A stretch of DNA of 64,000 bases from Acidobacteriota bacterium (GTDB lineage Bacteria > Acidobacteriota > UBA6911 > RPQK01 > JAJDTT01), in contig OZ253580.1 of the NCBI GenBank assembly GCA_965263035.1, forward strand, positions 3,328,001 through 3,392,000, written 5' to 3'. This document shows, one piece after another, positions 1-8,802 of this stretch. The notes beneath the pieces were generated by a model. The model was given only the letters and a program-made list of their open reading frames with translations. It did not search any database and was not told the DNA's origin. Both the position numbers and the translations under genes were made by a program. Every line of letters starts with the position of its first letter. Position 1 is the stretch's first letter.

Positions 1-2
1 CT

Positions 3-740
3 CCCCGGGGACTCACCCGGATGGACTTCTACGGTCCCAACGTCTCCAAATACGCCGGCATTCCCGATGCCTACATCGCCCTGCCCAACGCCTACTACCA
101 TTGGGAGTTCGACCTGACCCGGAAGAGCCGGCGCGGCAAGCCGATCCAGCTTCCCTCCACTCTGGACGTGCAATTGATGACCAGCCGGGATGGAATCCGC
201 TGGAGCCGGACCCCCGAGCGGCGGCCCTTCATCCGGCTGGGGCCCAAGGGGAGCTTCTGGAGCAGCACCCTTTGGCCCGGCAACGTCCTGGTGGTGGGCG
301 ACGAGGTCTGGATCTACTTCGCCGGACTGGCCGTCTCCCACAAGGAGCAGTCGCTGCTGAAAAGCGACGGGGCCCGGACCCGGGCCGTCCTCCGGCTGGA
401 TGGATTCCTTTCGGCCGATGCCGCCTATACCGGCGGGGAGTTGACGACGCGGCCCCTGGTCTTCACGGGAGACCGGCTGCAGCTGAACCTGTCCACCGGC
501 GCGGGAGGGGTTCTGCAGGTGGAGATCCTGGACGAGAGGGGGAAGCCGGTCTCCGGATACGCCCTGGCGGAGGCCGACGAGATCAACGGCAACTACATCC
601 GAGTCCTGGCCAGTTGGCAGGGAAGCTCCGAGCTCGGTTCACCGGCCGGCGAGCCCGTCAAGTTGCGCTTCGTCATGCGGGACACGAAGCTCTATTCCTT
701 TCAGTTCCTCTCCGCGAACGAGTCTGGGAGATCAAGATGA
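3..740 (+). CDS. 5'-truncated glycoside-hydrolase-like (five-bladed beta-propeller-like) protein with conserved C-terminal LRLDGF...LYSFQF domain
   Basis: Frame is open from the window edge; SRDGIRW Asp-box-like motif; C-terminal domain shared with 25725-27290 and 40102-41637. Confidence 0.65.
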   Translation, partial: PRGLTRMDFYGPNVSKYAGIPDAYIALPNAYYHWEFDLTRKSRRGKPIQLPSTLDVQLMTSRDGIRWSRTPERRPFIRLGPKGSFWSSTLWPGNVLVVGDEVWIYFAGLAVSHKEQSLLKSDGARTRAVLRLDGFLSADAAYTGGELTTRPLVFTGDRLQLNLSTGAGGVLQVEILDERGKPVSGYALAEADEINGNYIRVLASWQGSSELGSPAGEPVKLRFVMRDTKLYSFQFLSANESGRSR

Positions 741-1237
741 AACACGTTGTGCAACGAATCTTCGTCCTTGCCGCGATTCTCCTTTGTGCCTGTGCCGGCG
801 GACCCCAGACGCCGGTGTCCGAAACGGGAACGAGACCCCGCCTGAAGGAGGATCTGGCCCAGTTGGGCCGCATGCGCACCGCCTTCATTCGGGCCATGAA
901 CGAAGGTGGAGTGGAGGAATGGATCCGATCCCACCTGGACCCGGGCGTGGCCGTCATGCCCCCGGGGCGGCCGACCATCTCGTCCAGGGAAGAGGTGGCC
1001 GCTTGGGCCCGGAGGCTCCTGCAAGAAAATCGGATCCACGATTTCGCCTTCACCGGGTCCAAGACGGTGGCCGGAGACTGGGCCTTCGAAAACGGCGTCT
1101 ACCTGCTGGAGTCGAGTCCGGCCGCCGGCGGCGAGAAACAGGGGCAGCGGGGCAAGTTGATCTTCGTCTGGAAGCGGGGAACCGAAGGGTGGAAGGGGGC
1201 TCTTGTTTCCTTCAATACTGACGGCCATTGGCCCTGA
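737..1237 (+). CDS. NTF2-like/DUF4440 (SnoaL-like) lipoprotein
   Basis: ATGA overlap with the upstream stop; signal peptide with lipobox LCAC; 'VAVMPPGRP..GDWAFE.G.Y..GK.IFVWKR..GWK' pattern. Confidence 0.7.
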   Translation: MKHVVQRIFVLAAILLCACAGGPQTPVSETGTRPRLKEDLAQLGRMRTAFIRAMNEGGVEEWIRSHLDPGVAVMPPGRPTISSREEVAAWARRLLQENRIHDFAFTGSKTVAGDWAFENGVYLLESSPAAGGEKQGQRGKLIFVWKRGTEGWKGALVSFNTDGHWP

Positions 1238-1495
1238 ATCTCCAGTTGTGGCATGAAATGGGGTTGTAGTCGGGACCGGTCGATGTGGATCGGGTATTCT
1301 CGTGCAGCGTTTGGGGAAGGAGGGGCGTTGTTGGGATAATGGGCTTAGCTTGCGAATTTCGAGTTGAACTGCGCGGTTGCGTGGCGGATTTATGGATGGA
1401 CTGAATTAGTGGATACGGTGCCTAACTGGATAGATATCAACACCATCGGGGACCATTTTCAGTTGGCGCCGAAAGGAACCCGGACAGAGTAGAAC

Positions 1496-2701
1496 ATGCA
1501 AGGCAAGAGGATAATCCGAACGATCCGGCTGCAGAAAATTCTCTCGTATGGTTCCTGGGATGCTGAGTTCCCATTGGAGCCGCTGAACGTTCTTATTGGG
1601 CCAAACGCTTCCGGGAAGTCGAACCTGATCGAAGTACTGTCGCTTCTCGCGGCGGCACCGACCAGGGATCTTCAAAAGCCGATTCGAGCCGGGGGAGGCG
1701 TTCGCGACTGGCTCTGGAAAGGTGCGCCACGACTCTCTACGGCAGCCGTGGAAGTTACGGTCGAATACTCTGCCGGACCACGCCTGAGATACAAGTTGTC
1801 ATTCACGGAAACCGGGTCGCGTTTCGAGCTCAGGAATGAGGCCGTAGAGAACGAGAGGCCTGCTCCGGGTAATAAGGATCCCTATTTCTACTATCGCTAT
1901 CAGGACGGCAATCCGGTTCTGAACGTCTTTACTAAGGACACTAAGGAACAGCCTCGGTCCGAGCGGCGTCTCACTCGGGAAGACGTGAAGCCCGACCAGT
2001 CGATTCTCTCCCAACGCCGGGACCCCGATTCATATCCCGAGTTGACGTATCTGGCTGACACATTCGAGCAGATGCGCTTCTATCGTGAATGGAATCTCGG
2101 ACGCGGCACCCCGACCCGCCTTCCACAGCAGGCCGATCTTCCCCAGGACTGGCTCCTGCAGGACGCTTCGAATCTCGGTCTCGTACTAAGCGATTTGCTG
2201 AACCGCCCCCCCGTAAAGCGCCGGATCCTGGACCGCTTGAGAGCCTTCTACCCGTACGTCGAGGATGTCGTTGCCACCATAGTAGGTGGCCCAGTGCAGA
2301 TATTTTTCCACGAAGAAGGCCTGCACTATCCGGTGCCTGCCACGCGGCTCTCTGACGGGAGCCTGCGGTATCTCTGCCTCATCGCCGTGCTTTGCCATCC
2401 CGATCCGCCGCCGGTCATCTGCATTGAGGAGCCGGAGATCGGCCTTCACCCCGACGTGATCCCGGAGGTGGCAAAATTTCTGATCGAGGCGTCTTCGCGT
2501 AGCCAGATCTTCGTCACGACACACTCCGACATTCTCGTCGATGCACTCACCGACACTCCGGATTCCGTGATCGTTTGTGAGAAATCCAACGGGGCGACGA
2601 GACTCCGCCGCCTCGAAGCAACGGAACTCAGACCTTGGCTGGAGAGATATCGGCTCGGCGAGCTCTGGTTGCGTGGAGATATCGGAGGAAATCGCTGGTG
2701 A
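1496..2701 (+). CDS. ABC-type ATPase (AAA_21/AAA_15 class), putative defence component
   Basis: Walker A GPNASGKSN, signature LSDGSLR, Walker B ICIEEPE, H-loop VTTHS, C-terminal LGELW..G.IGG. Confidence 0.85.
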   Translation: MQGKRIIRTIRLQKILSYGSWDAEFPLEPLNVLIGPNASGKSNLIEVLSLLAAAPTRDLQKPIRAGGGVRDWLWKGAPRLSTAAVEVTVEYSAGPRLRYKLSFTETGSRFELRNEAVENERPAPGNKDPYFYYRYQDGNPVLNVFTKDTKEQPRSERRLTREDVKPDQSILSQRRDPDSYPELTYLADTFEQMRFYREWNLGRGTPTRLPQQADLPQDWLLQDASNLGLVLSDLLNRPPVKRRILDRLRAFYPYVEDVVATIVGGPVQIFFHEEGLHYPVPATRLSDGSLRYLCLIAVLCHPDPPPVICIEEPEIGLHPDVIPEVAKFLIEASSRSQIFVTTHSDILVDALTDTPDSVIVCEKSNGATRLRRLEATELRPWLERYRLGELWLRGDIGGNRW

Positions 2702-3306
2702 GCGCCAAGCTCTTCGTGGAAGGTGGAGGCGGTAGCAAGACGCTGAAGACAGCGTGCCGCAAGGGTTTTCGGTTATTCATCGAAAAAGCGGGCTTGCGGG
2801 GAAGGATGCCCCGAATTGTGGCCTGCGGCAGCCGCAGGAATGCGTACCAGGACTTCACCAGAGAAAATGAGTCTCCCGCGCGTCAAGATGGCAACCCCCA
2901 TCTTCTCGTGGACTCCGAGGAGCCCGTAAGAGAAGCCGGGCCGTGGCAACATCTCAAGGTCCGCGACGGCTGGGATCGTCCTGACGGTGCGATGGACGAC
3001 CAATGCCACCTTATGGTGGAGGTCATGGAATCGTGGTTTTTGGCGGATCGTGAGGCTCTTGGGGCATTTTATGGTCAGGGCTTTCGCGGAACCGCACTTC
3101 CGCAAAATCAGCATGTCGAGCAGATTTCGAAACGGGATGTCCTGTACGACCTTGTCCAAGCCACTCGGCGTACACGAAAAGGTCCCTATGACAAGGGATC
3201 GCACGGCTTCGAGATCCTGGCGAGACTGGACCCATCGAAGGTCAGGAACGCGTCTCCTCACGCAGATCGATTTCTCGAAGCGCTTTCCGTGTTGGTAGAC
3301 AGTTAG
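2698..3306 (+). CDS. DUF4276-family TOPRIM-like protein
   Basis: GTGA overlap with the ATPase stop; FVEGGG, LLVDSE, MESWFLAD and YDKG motifs. Confidence 0.75.
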   Translation: MSAKLFVEGGGGSKTLKTACRKGFRLFIEKAGLRGRMPRIVACGSRRNAYQDFTRENESPARQDGNPHLLVDSEEPVREAGPWQHLKVRDGWDRPDGAMDDQCHLMVEVMESWFLADREALGAFYGQGFRGTALPQNQHVEQISKRDVLYDLVQATRRTRKGPYDKGSHGFEILARLDPSKVRNASPHADRFLEALSVLVDS

Positions 3307-3491
3307 GAGCCGCCGTCCCAACGCTGGATTCGTTTTGAGAGTGTAAATCAAAATGCGAAAACCCATGGCAGCATGTCCTCTTTCTATCCCTGACCGCTAA
3401 GTGGGCACTGAGCCGAAACCCGATGCCGCCAAACCGGACGTAACTGTCGAGGCAACCTGAGAACCCTGGGGTTGGAATGACGGCTCGTGCA

Positions 3492-3780
3492 GTGAGGATC
3501 ATTCGGCCGACCGAAGTTGAAGCCTGCGAGGGATACGGGATATGGCTCTGTTACTCAGACGGATCAGCCGGAGAGGTTGACCTGTCCCATCTGGTGGGGC
3601 GAGGGTGTTTCGGCTTGGGGTAAACCAGGGTGTCTCGAAAAAATCTATATCACGTCCCACGGAGCCATAGCGTGGGACGATGACTGTGAACTGTGGCCGG
3701 ATGCGCCGTATCTGGAACTTCCGGGCGAATCGTTCGACGAATTGCCCGTCGAAATCGACACGATAGTTCACGGCGCCTCA
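3492..3780 (+). pseudogene. Frameshifted DUF2442-like antitoxin remnant
   Basis: Frame A reads IRPTEVEACEGYGIWLCYSDGSAGEVDLSHLVGRG then stops; frame B continues AW..HGAIAWDDDCELWPDAPYLEL; frameshift near 3605. Confidence 0.6.
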
Positions 3781-3823
3781 CAAGGGCCGCCTCTATGGGA
3801 AAATTCCCGGACGGAGGAATGTC

Positions 3824-4063
3824 GTGACCGCCAAAGAATTGATACGGATTTTACAGAAATATCCGCAGGGGATGCGCGTCGTTGTGAATGGCTATGAGAC
3901 TGGGTTTGATGACCTTGAGGCGCGTCTTGTTTCTGTACGTGAAATACGCTTGAACGCTGGCGAAGAGTGGTGGGACGGACAACATCTCGCGGCGGAGGAC
4001 GCCCGGAAAAAAGGCAGTCCCTTCGTCAAAGCCTTGGTGCTTCCCCAGCCTGTGAACGCATAG
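3824..4063 (+). CDS. Small hypothetical protein (79 aa) immediately upstream of hsdM
   Basis: GGAGG RBS before GTG; ends 1 nt before the hsdM ATG. Confidence 0.6.
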   Translation: MTAKELIRILQKYPQGMRVVVNGYETGFDDLEARLVSVREIRLNAGEEWWDGQHLAAEDARKKGSPFVKALVLPQPVNA

Positions 4064-4064
4064 C

Positions 4065-5660
4065 ATGACGCGCACCAAGCGGAAGTCCAATACCGGGGCC
4101 AACTTGGGCTACGAAGGCGAGCTCTGGAAGATGGCCGATGCCCTGCGCGGCAGCATGGACGCGGCCGAATACAAGCATGTCGTTCTCGGCCTTATCTTCC
4201 TGAAATACATCTCCGACGCGTTCGAGGAGATGCATGTCCGCCTGGAAGGCGAGCGGGACCAAGGCGCCGATCCGGAGGATCCGGACGAGTACCGTGCCCA
4301 GAACATCTTCTGGGTGTCGCCCGAGGCTCGCTGGACGAGTATCAAGGCCCGGGCCAGGCAATCGACGATCGGTAAGTTGGTCGACGATGCGATGTCCGGG
4401 ATCGAGCGGGACAACCCGGCGCTCAAGGGGGTGCTACCCAAGGAATATGCTCGACCTGCACTCGACAAGATCCGTCTTGGCCGGATTATTGATCTCGTCA
4501 GCAACATCATGGTGGGTGATGAGGATGCCCGGTCGAAGGACGTGCTGGGCCGCGTCTACGAGTACTTCCTGTCGCAGTTCGCCAGCGCCGAGGGCAAGAA
4601 GGGGGGCGAGTTCTACACCCCCCGCTGCATCGTCAAGCTGCTAGTGGAAATGCTGGAGCCCTATCAGGGCCGGGTCTACGACCCCTGCTGTGGGTCTTCG
4701 GGCATGTTCGTCCAGTCGGTCGAGTTCATCCGTGCCCACGCCACCGGCAATGGCAACGGCGGTCAGGTTTCGGAGGGCGGCAGAGCCGACATCTCGATCT
4801 ACGGGCAGGAGTCGAACTACACGACTTGGCGGCTCGCCAAGATGAACCTTGCCATTCGCGGAATCGAAGGGCAGATCGCTCACGGCGACAGCTTCCACAA
4901 CGACCGCCATCCCGACCTCAAGGCCGATTTCATACTGGCCAATCCACCTTTCAATGTCTCGGATTGGGGCGGTGCCCGTTTGGCCGATGACCAGCGCTGG
5001 CAATTCGGAAGGCCTCCCGTGCGGAACGCCAACTACGCTTGGGTCCAGCACATCGTCCACCATCTGACGCCGAACGGCATGGCCGGTTTCGTGCTCGCCA
5101 ACGGTTCCATGTCGTCCAACCAGTCCGGCGAGGGGAAGATCCGCAAGAGTCTCATCGAAGCGGATCTTGTGGACTGTATGGTGGCGCTGCCGGGCCAACT
5201 CTTCTATTCGACACAGATTCCCGCGTGTCTGTGGTTCCTTGCCCGAGACCGGAAAGGGGGCAAGTTCCGAGACCGGCACGGCGAAGTCCTGTTCATCGAT
5301 GCTCGCAAGCTGGGCCGTATGGTGGATCGCACCCACAGAGAGCTGACCGACGCGGATATCGGCCGAATCGCCGGCACCTACCATGCATGGCGAGGCGAGG
5401 ACGGCGCGGGTGACTATGCCGACGTGCCCGGCTTCTGCAAGAGCGCCGCGCTTAAGAAAGTGCGTCGGCACGGCCACGTCCTGACTCCCGGCCGTTATGT
5501 TGGGGTCGAGCCGCAGGAGGACGACGGCGAGCCGTTCGAGGACAAGATGAAACGGCTCGTCGCCAAACTTCGCGAGCAACAGGCGGAAGCTGCGAGGTTG
5601 GACGCAGGCATCAAGGCAAACTTGAAGGCGCTCGGGTTCCCGCTCGGAGGGGACCGCTGA
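4065..5660 (+). CDS. hsdM: Type I RM methyltransferase subunit M
   Basis: [25 protein letters not shown] (motif I), NPPF (motif IV, m6A). Confidence 0.97.
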   Translation: MTRTKRKSNTGANLGYEGELWKMADALRGSMDAAEYKHVVLGLIFLKYISDAFEEMHVRLEGERDQGADPEDPDEYRAQNIFWVSPEARWTSIKARARQSTIGKLVDDAMSGIERDNPALKGVLPKEYARPALDKIRLGRIIDLVSNIMVGDEDARSKDVLGRVYEYFLSQFASAEGKKGGEFYTPRCIVKLLVEMLEPYQGRVYDPCCGSSGMFVQSVEFIRAHATGNGNGGQVSEGGRADISIYGQESNYTTWRLAKMNLAIRGIEGQIAHGDSFHNDRHPDLKADFILANPPFNVSDWGGARLADDQRWQFGRPPVRNANYAWVQHIVHHLTPNGMAGFVLANGSMSSNQSGEGKIRKSLIEADLVDCMVALPGQLFYSTQIPACLWFLARDRKGGKFRDRHGEVLFIDARKLGRMVDRTHRELTDADIGRIAGTYHAWRGEDGAGDYADVPGFCKSAALKKVRRHGHVLTPGRYVGVEPQEDDGEPFEDKMKRLVAKLREQQAEAARLDAGIKANLKALGFPLGGDR

Positions 5661-6076
5661 TGATCGATTACGAAAAGTTCCGGATGTCGCTCAAACGCCT
5701 GGAGGAGCAGCACGAGAATTACCGGACACTCGAGACGTCACTACCTGGTTTGATTCAGGAAGCCGTCGCCGAATCGGTCATTCAGCGTTTCGAGACCTGC
5801 TACGACTGTTTGTGGAAAGTACTGAAGCGATACCTGATTTATGAGCTGGGCATCGCGAGTGTACCCAACAGTCCCAAACCCATCTTCAGATTGGCGAATG
5901 AGAACAATCTCTTCGCCGTATCGATTGAAGTCTGGCTGCGTTATGCCGACGCTCGAGTCGATACCACTCACGACTACGATGGCGAGAAAGCGAAAGCGTG
6001 CCTGGCCATCATGCCCGACTTCATCGACGATGCTATCGGCCTTTACCAAACCATGAGCGGATCGGTATGGGAGTAG
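5660..6076 (+). CDS. HEPN toxin, HI0074/HepT-like nucleotidyltransferase-substrate-binding family
   Basis: IQRFE, SPKPIFR and RVDTTHDY (RX4HXY) motifs; overlaps the hsdM stop. Confidence 0.85.
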   Translation: MIDYEKFRMSLKRLEEQHENYRTLETSLPGLIQEAVAESVIQRFETCYDCLWKVLKRYLIYELGIASVPNSPKPIFRLANENNLFAVSIEVWLRYADARVDTTHDYDGEKAKACLAIMPDFIDDAIGLYQTMSGSVWE

Positions 6077-7692
6077 ATCCAGCCATCGACATCACCACTG
6101 AACAGCGAGAGACGATTCTCGCTTTGCTAGAAGAACACTTGCCGGATACGGCCGCGTGGATCTATGGCTCGCGCGTGAAGTGGACCTCGCGACCACAATC
6201 CGACCTTGACTTGGTAGTCTTTGCAACCCCAGAGCAGGGTGGCCGAGTTGGTGATCTCCGGGAAGCGTTTGAGGAAAGTAACCTATCGTTCCGTGTGGAT
6301 CTATTCGTTTGGGACGATGTGCCGGAGGCATTCAGGAAGCAAATTGAACTGTCGCATGTGGTGCTGGTAACCGGAAAACGTACGCGCTTCGGCAAAGGGG
6401 TTCCGTTTGGAGCGAACAAGTGGCAACGAGTCGACCTTAACGATGTCGTAGAAATCTTCGACGGACCCCATGCCACACCGAAAAAGACTCGTAGTGGGCC
6501 GGTCTTCCTCGGCATTGGCAACCTGAGTTCCGGTCGCATTGATTTAACAAAAACGGAACATCTCAACGAGGAAGACTACGTACAGTGGACGCGTCGGGTA
6601 ACTCCTAGTCCAGGTGACGTCGTTTTCTCCTATGAGACTCGAATTGGCGAGGCTGCACTCATTCCTGCTGGCCTTCGGTGTTGCCTTGGTCGTCGGATGG
6701 GGTTGCTTCGTCCGAAGGGCGATAAGGTAGATCCTCGTTTCCTTCTTTACGCGTATTTGGGCCCCGGATTTCAGGACATATTGCGATCTCGAACGATCCA
6801 TGGCAGTACGGTGAATCGGATTCCATTGACCGAGATGGGGAAATTCCCAATCGAGATCCCGGCAACCATTCGCGAACAACGTAGGATTGCCCAAGTCCTA
6901 GGCACGCTGGACGATAAGATAGAATTGAGCCGGCGTATAAACGAGACGCTGGAGACGATGGCGTGGGCTTTGTTCAAGTCCTGGTTCGTCGATTTCGATC
7001 CCGTCCGAGCCAAAATGGACGACCGGGACCCCGGTCTGCCTCAACATCTTGCCGACCTCTTCCCCAACCGGCTCGTAGAGTCTGAACTTGGCGAGATCCC
7101 GGAGGGGTGGGAAGTGAAGACGCTCCGGGAATGTACTCACCTTACGATGGGACAGTCTCCCCCGGGACGCACCTACAACGAACGTGGTGAAGGTCTACCA
7201 TTCTTCCAGGGCCGAACTGACTTTGGCTTTCGTTATCCTTCGAATCGAAGATTCTGTTCTGTTCCAACACGAATTGCTCAGCCCGGGGATACGCTGGTCA
7301 GTGTGCGCGCCCCGGTCGGCGATATCAACATGGCCTGGGACCGTTGTTGTATTGGACGGGGCGTTGCTGCCCTGCGCCACAAGTCAGGTACAGCGTCCTT
7401 CACCTACTATTCTGCGCGGAAGATTCAGGTAGCCCTCCAAGAATACGAGCATACAGGGACAGTGTTTGGGGCCATCAATAAGGGCCAGTTTGAAGCCCTA
7501 TTGGTCATTGAACCACACACCAGAATCATTGACGCATTCGATGCATATTCTGGCGCTATAGATGCGAAGATCAAGTCGAATACTCGCGAATCCCGAGTTC
7601 TTGTGGCCCTCCGCGACACATTGTTACCGAAGCTGATCTCGGCCACAATTCGGGTTCCGGAGTCTCACAAACAAACCGGTGCGTTTGTATGA
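6067..7692 (+). CDS. hsdS: Minimal nucleotidyltransferase (MNT) domain fused to type I RM specificity subunit S
   Basis: N-terminal ~100 aa carry GSRVKWTSRPQSDLD (GSX10DXD) and FRVDL; then two TRDs with conserved EQRRIA..LDDKIE, LFKSWFVDFDPV, GEIPEGW and LRDTLLPKL; no stop between the parts. Confidence 0.9.
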   Translation: MGVDPAIDITTEQRETILALLEEHLPDTAAWIYGSRVKWTSRPQSDLDLVVFATPEQGGRVGDLREAFEESNLSFRVDLFVWDDVPEAFRKQIELSHVVLVTGKRTRFGKGVPFGANKWQRVDLNDVVEIFDGPHATPKKTRSGPVFLGIGNLSSGRIDLTKTEHLNEEDYVQWTRRVTPSPGDVVFSYETRIGEAALIPAGLRCCLGRRMGLLRPKGDKVDPRFLLYAYLGPGFQDILRSRTIHGSTVNRIPLTEMGKFPIEIPATIREQRRIAQVLGTLDDKIELSRRINETLETMAWALFKSWFVDFDPVRAKMDDRDPGLPQHLADLFPNRLVESELGEIPEGWEVKTLRECTHLTMGQSPPGRTYNERGEGLPFFQGRTDFGFRYPSNRRFCSVPTRIAQPGDTLVSVRAPVGDINMAWDRCCIGRGVAALRHKSGTASFTYYSARKIQVALQEYEHTGTVFGAINKGQFEALLVIEPHTRIIDAFDAYSGAIDAKIKSNTRESRVLVALRDTLLPKLISATIRVPESHKQTGAFV

Positions 7693-7799
7693 GCAGCCCC
7701 CTCGCTGCCCTGAGGGACGTTTTGCTGCCAAAGCTGATGTCGGGCGAAATCCGCACCCTCGCCGCCAATAGACAGGCTGAGGCAATTGCACGAGCATAG
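7689..7799 (+). other. 36-codon ORF duplicating the HsdS C-terminal conserved helix (MSSPLAALRDVLLPKLMSGEIR...)
   Basis: ATGA overlap with the hsdS stop; direct translation. Confidence 0.6.
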
Positions 7800-7840
7800 T
7801 TACGGGCGTCGAGAAGCACCACCTCGAGGAAGTTGTAGCC

Positions 7841-8713
7841 ATGAGCGCCAGCAACCAGATAAAGGTCGGGGATGCGATTAGGCACCTTCTCTCGACGAGT
7901 AGAACCGATCCTTCGTACGAGCGCGAGAGCTACGCTGAGATGCGAGCTTTTCGCGATATCCATAAGCTGGCTTGCGAAGGGAACATCCGAATCTCTGGCC
8001 GTGCGTTCGGTGATGCTTATCCAAAGCTAATTTCCCCTGAAACGCTTCGCGGTTTGCAGCCCATCGATATCTGCGTTCCCCGCTCGTGTCGAGCCCCAGA
8101 AGGGCACGTTTTCGGATTAGGGCCAGTGAATCCTGACACCACTCGGGAACACTCCGACGGGGGCGGTGTCTACGAGGATCTGCTCGTACACAGCCAGGAC
8201 ATCTACGAGTATTGGCCTATGTTAGGCGACCACGAGGTCGAAGAAGACTTCCTGAACAAGGAATTCGAGATACCTAATGTTCAAAGATTGCCCGTCGAAT
8301 CCCGCGTAGCCAAGATTATTGAGAGCCGGTTGAATGAGGTGGGCGTTGTTTTGGCCAATCGCGCGTATCTTTCCGCCATTGTCCTGTGCGGGAGTGTTCT
8401 GGAGGGGGTTCTGCTCGGAGCGGCTAAAAAGGATCCAGAAAAATTCAACCGGTCTCCAGCCTCGCCAAAACGTGACGGCAAGGTGAAATCATTGCGCGAG
8501 TGGGGACTGGCAGATTTAATCAATGTCGCGTGCGACATCGGTGTGTTAAAGCCTGATGTGAAAGAGTTTAGCCACGGACTCCGTCATTTTAGAAATTATA
8601 TCCATCCATATGAGCAGATGGCCTCGAACTTCACACCTGACGAACACACGGTCAAAGTTTGCTTCCAGGTTCTCAAGGCCGCACTTGCAAGTGTAGCCGG
8701 GGAGCGACTATAG
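7841..8713 (+). CDS. Hypothetical protein with C-terminal HEPN-like domain
   Basis: AIVLCGSVLEGVL helix and LRHFRNYIHP motif; low GC. Confidence 0.6.
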   Translation: MSASNQIKVGDAIRHLLSTSRTDPSYERESYAEMRAFRDIHKLACEGNIRISGRAFGDAYPKLISPETLRGLQPIDICVPRSCRAPEGHVFGLGPVNPDTTREHSDGGGVYEDLLVHSQDIYEYWPMLGDHEVEEDFLNKEFEIPNVQRLPVESRVAKIIESRLNEVGVVLANRAYLSAIVLCGSVLEGVLLGAAKKDPEKFNRSPASPKRDGKVKSLREWGLADLINVACDIGVLKPDVKEFSHGLRHFRNYIHPYEQMASNFTPDEHTVKVCFQVLKAALASVAGERL

Positions 8714-8802
8714 GCCATGTCTTAACGATTTGAATTAGAAATGCATCCGGAACTTACTCGTTCGTTCTTTCTGGACGAGTCCGAATAGATAATGAAGTCG
8801 CG

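Noticed and set aside
101-736. N-terminal part of the 378-aa ORF
   Set aside because: Overlaps the GH-like gene in another frame; the lipoprotein starts at 737.
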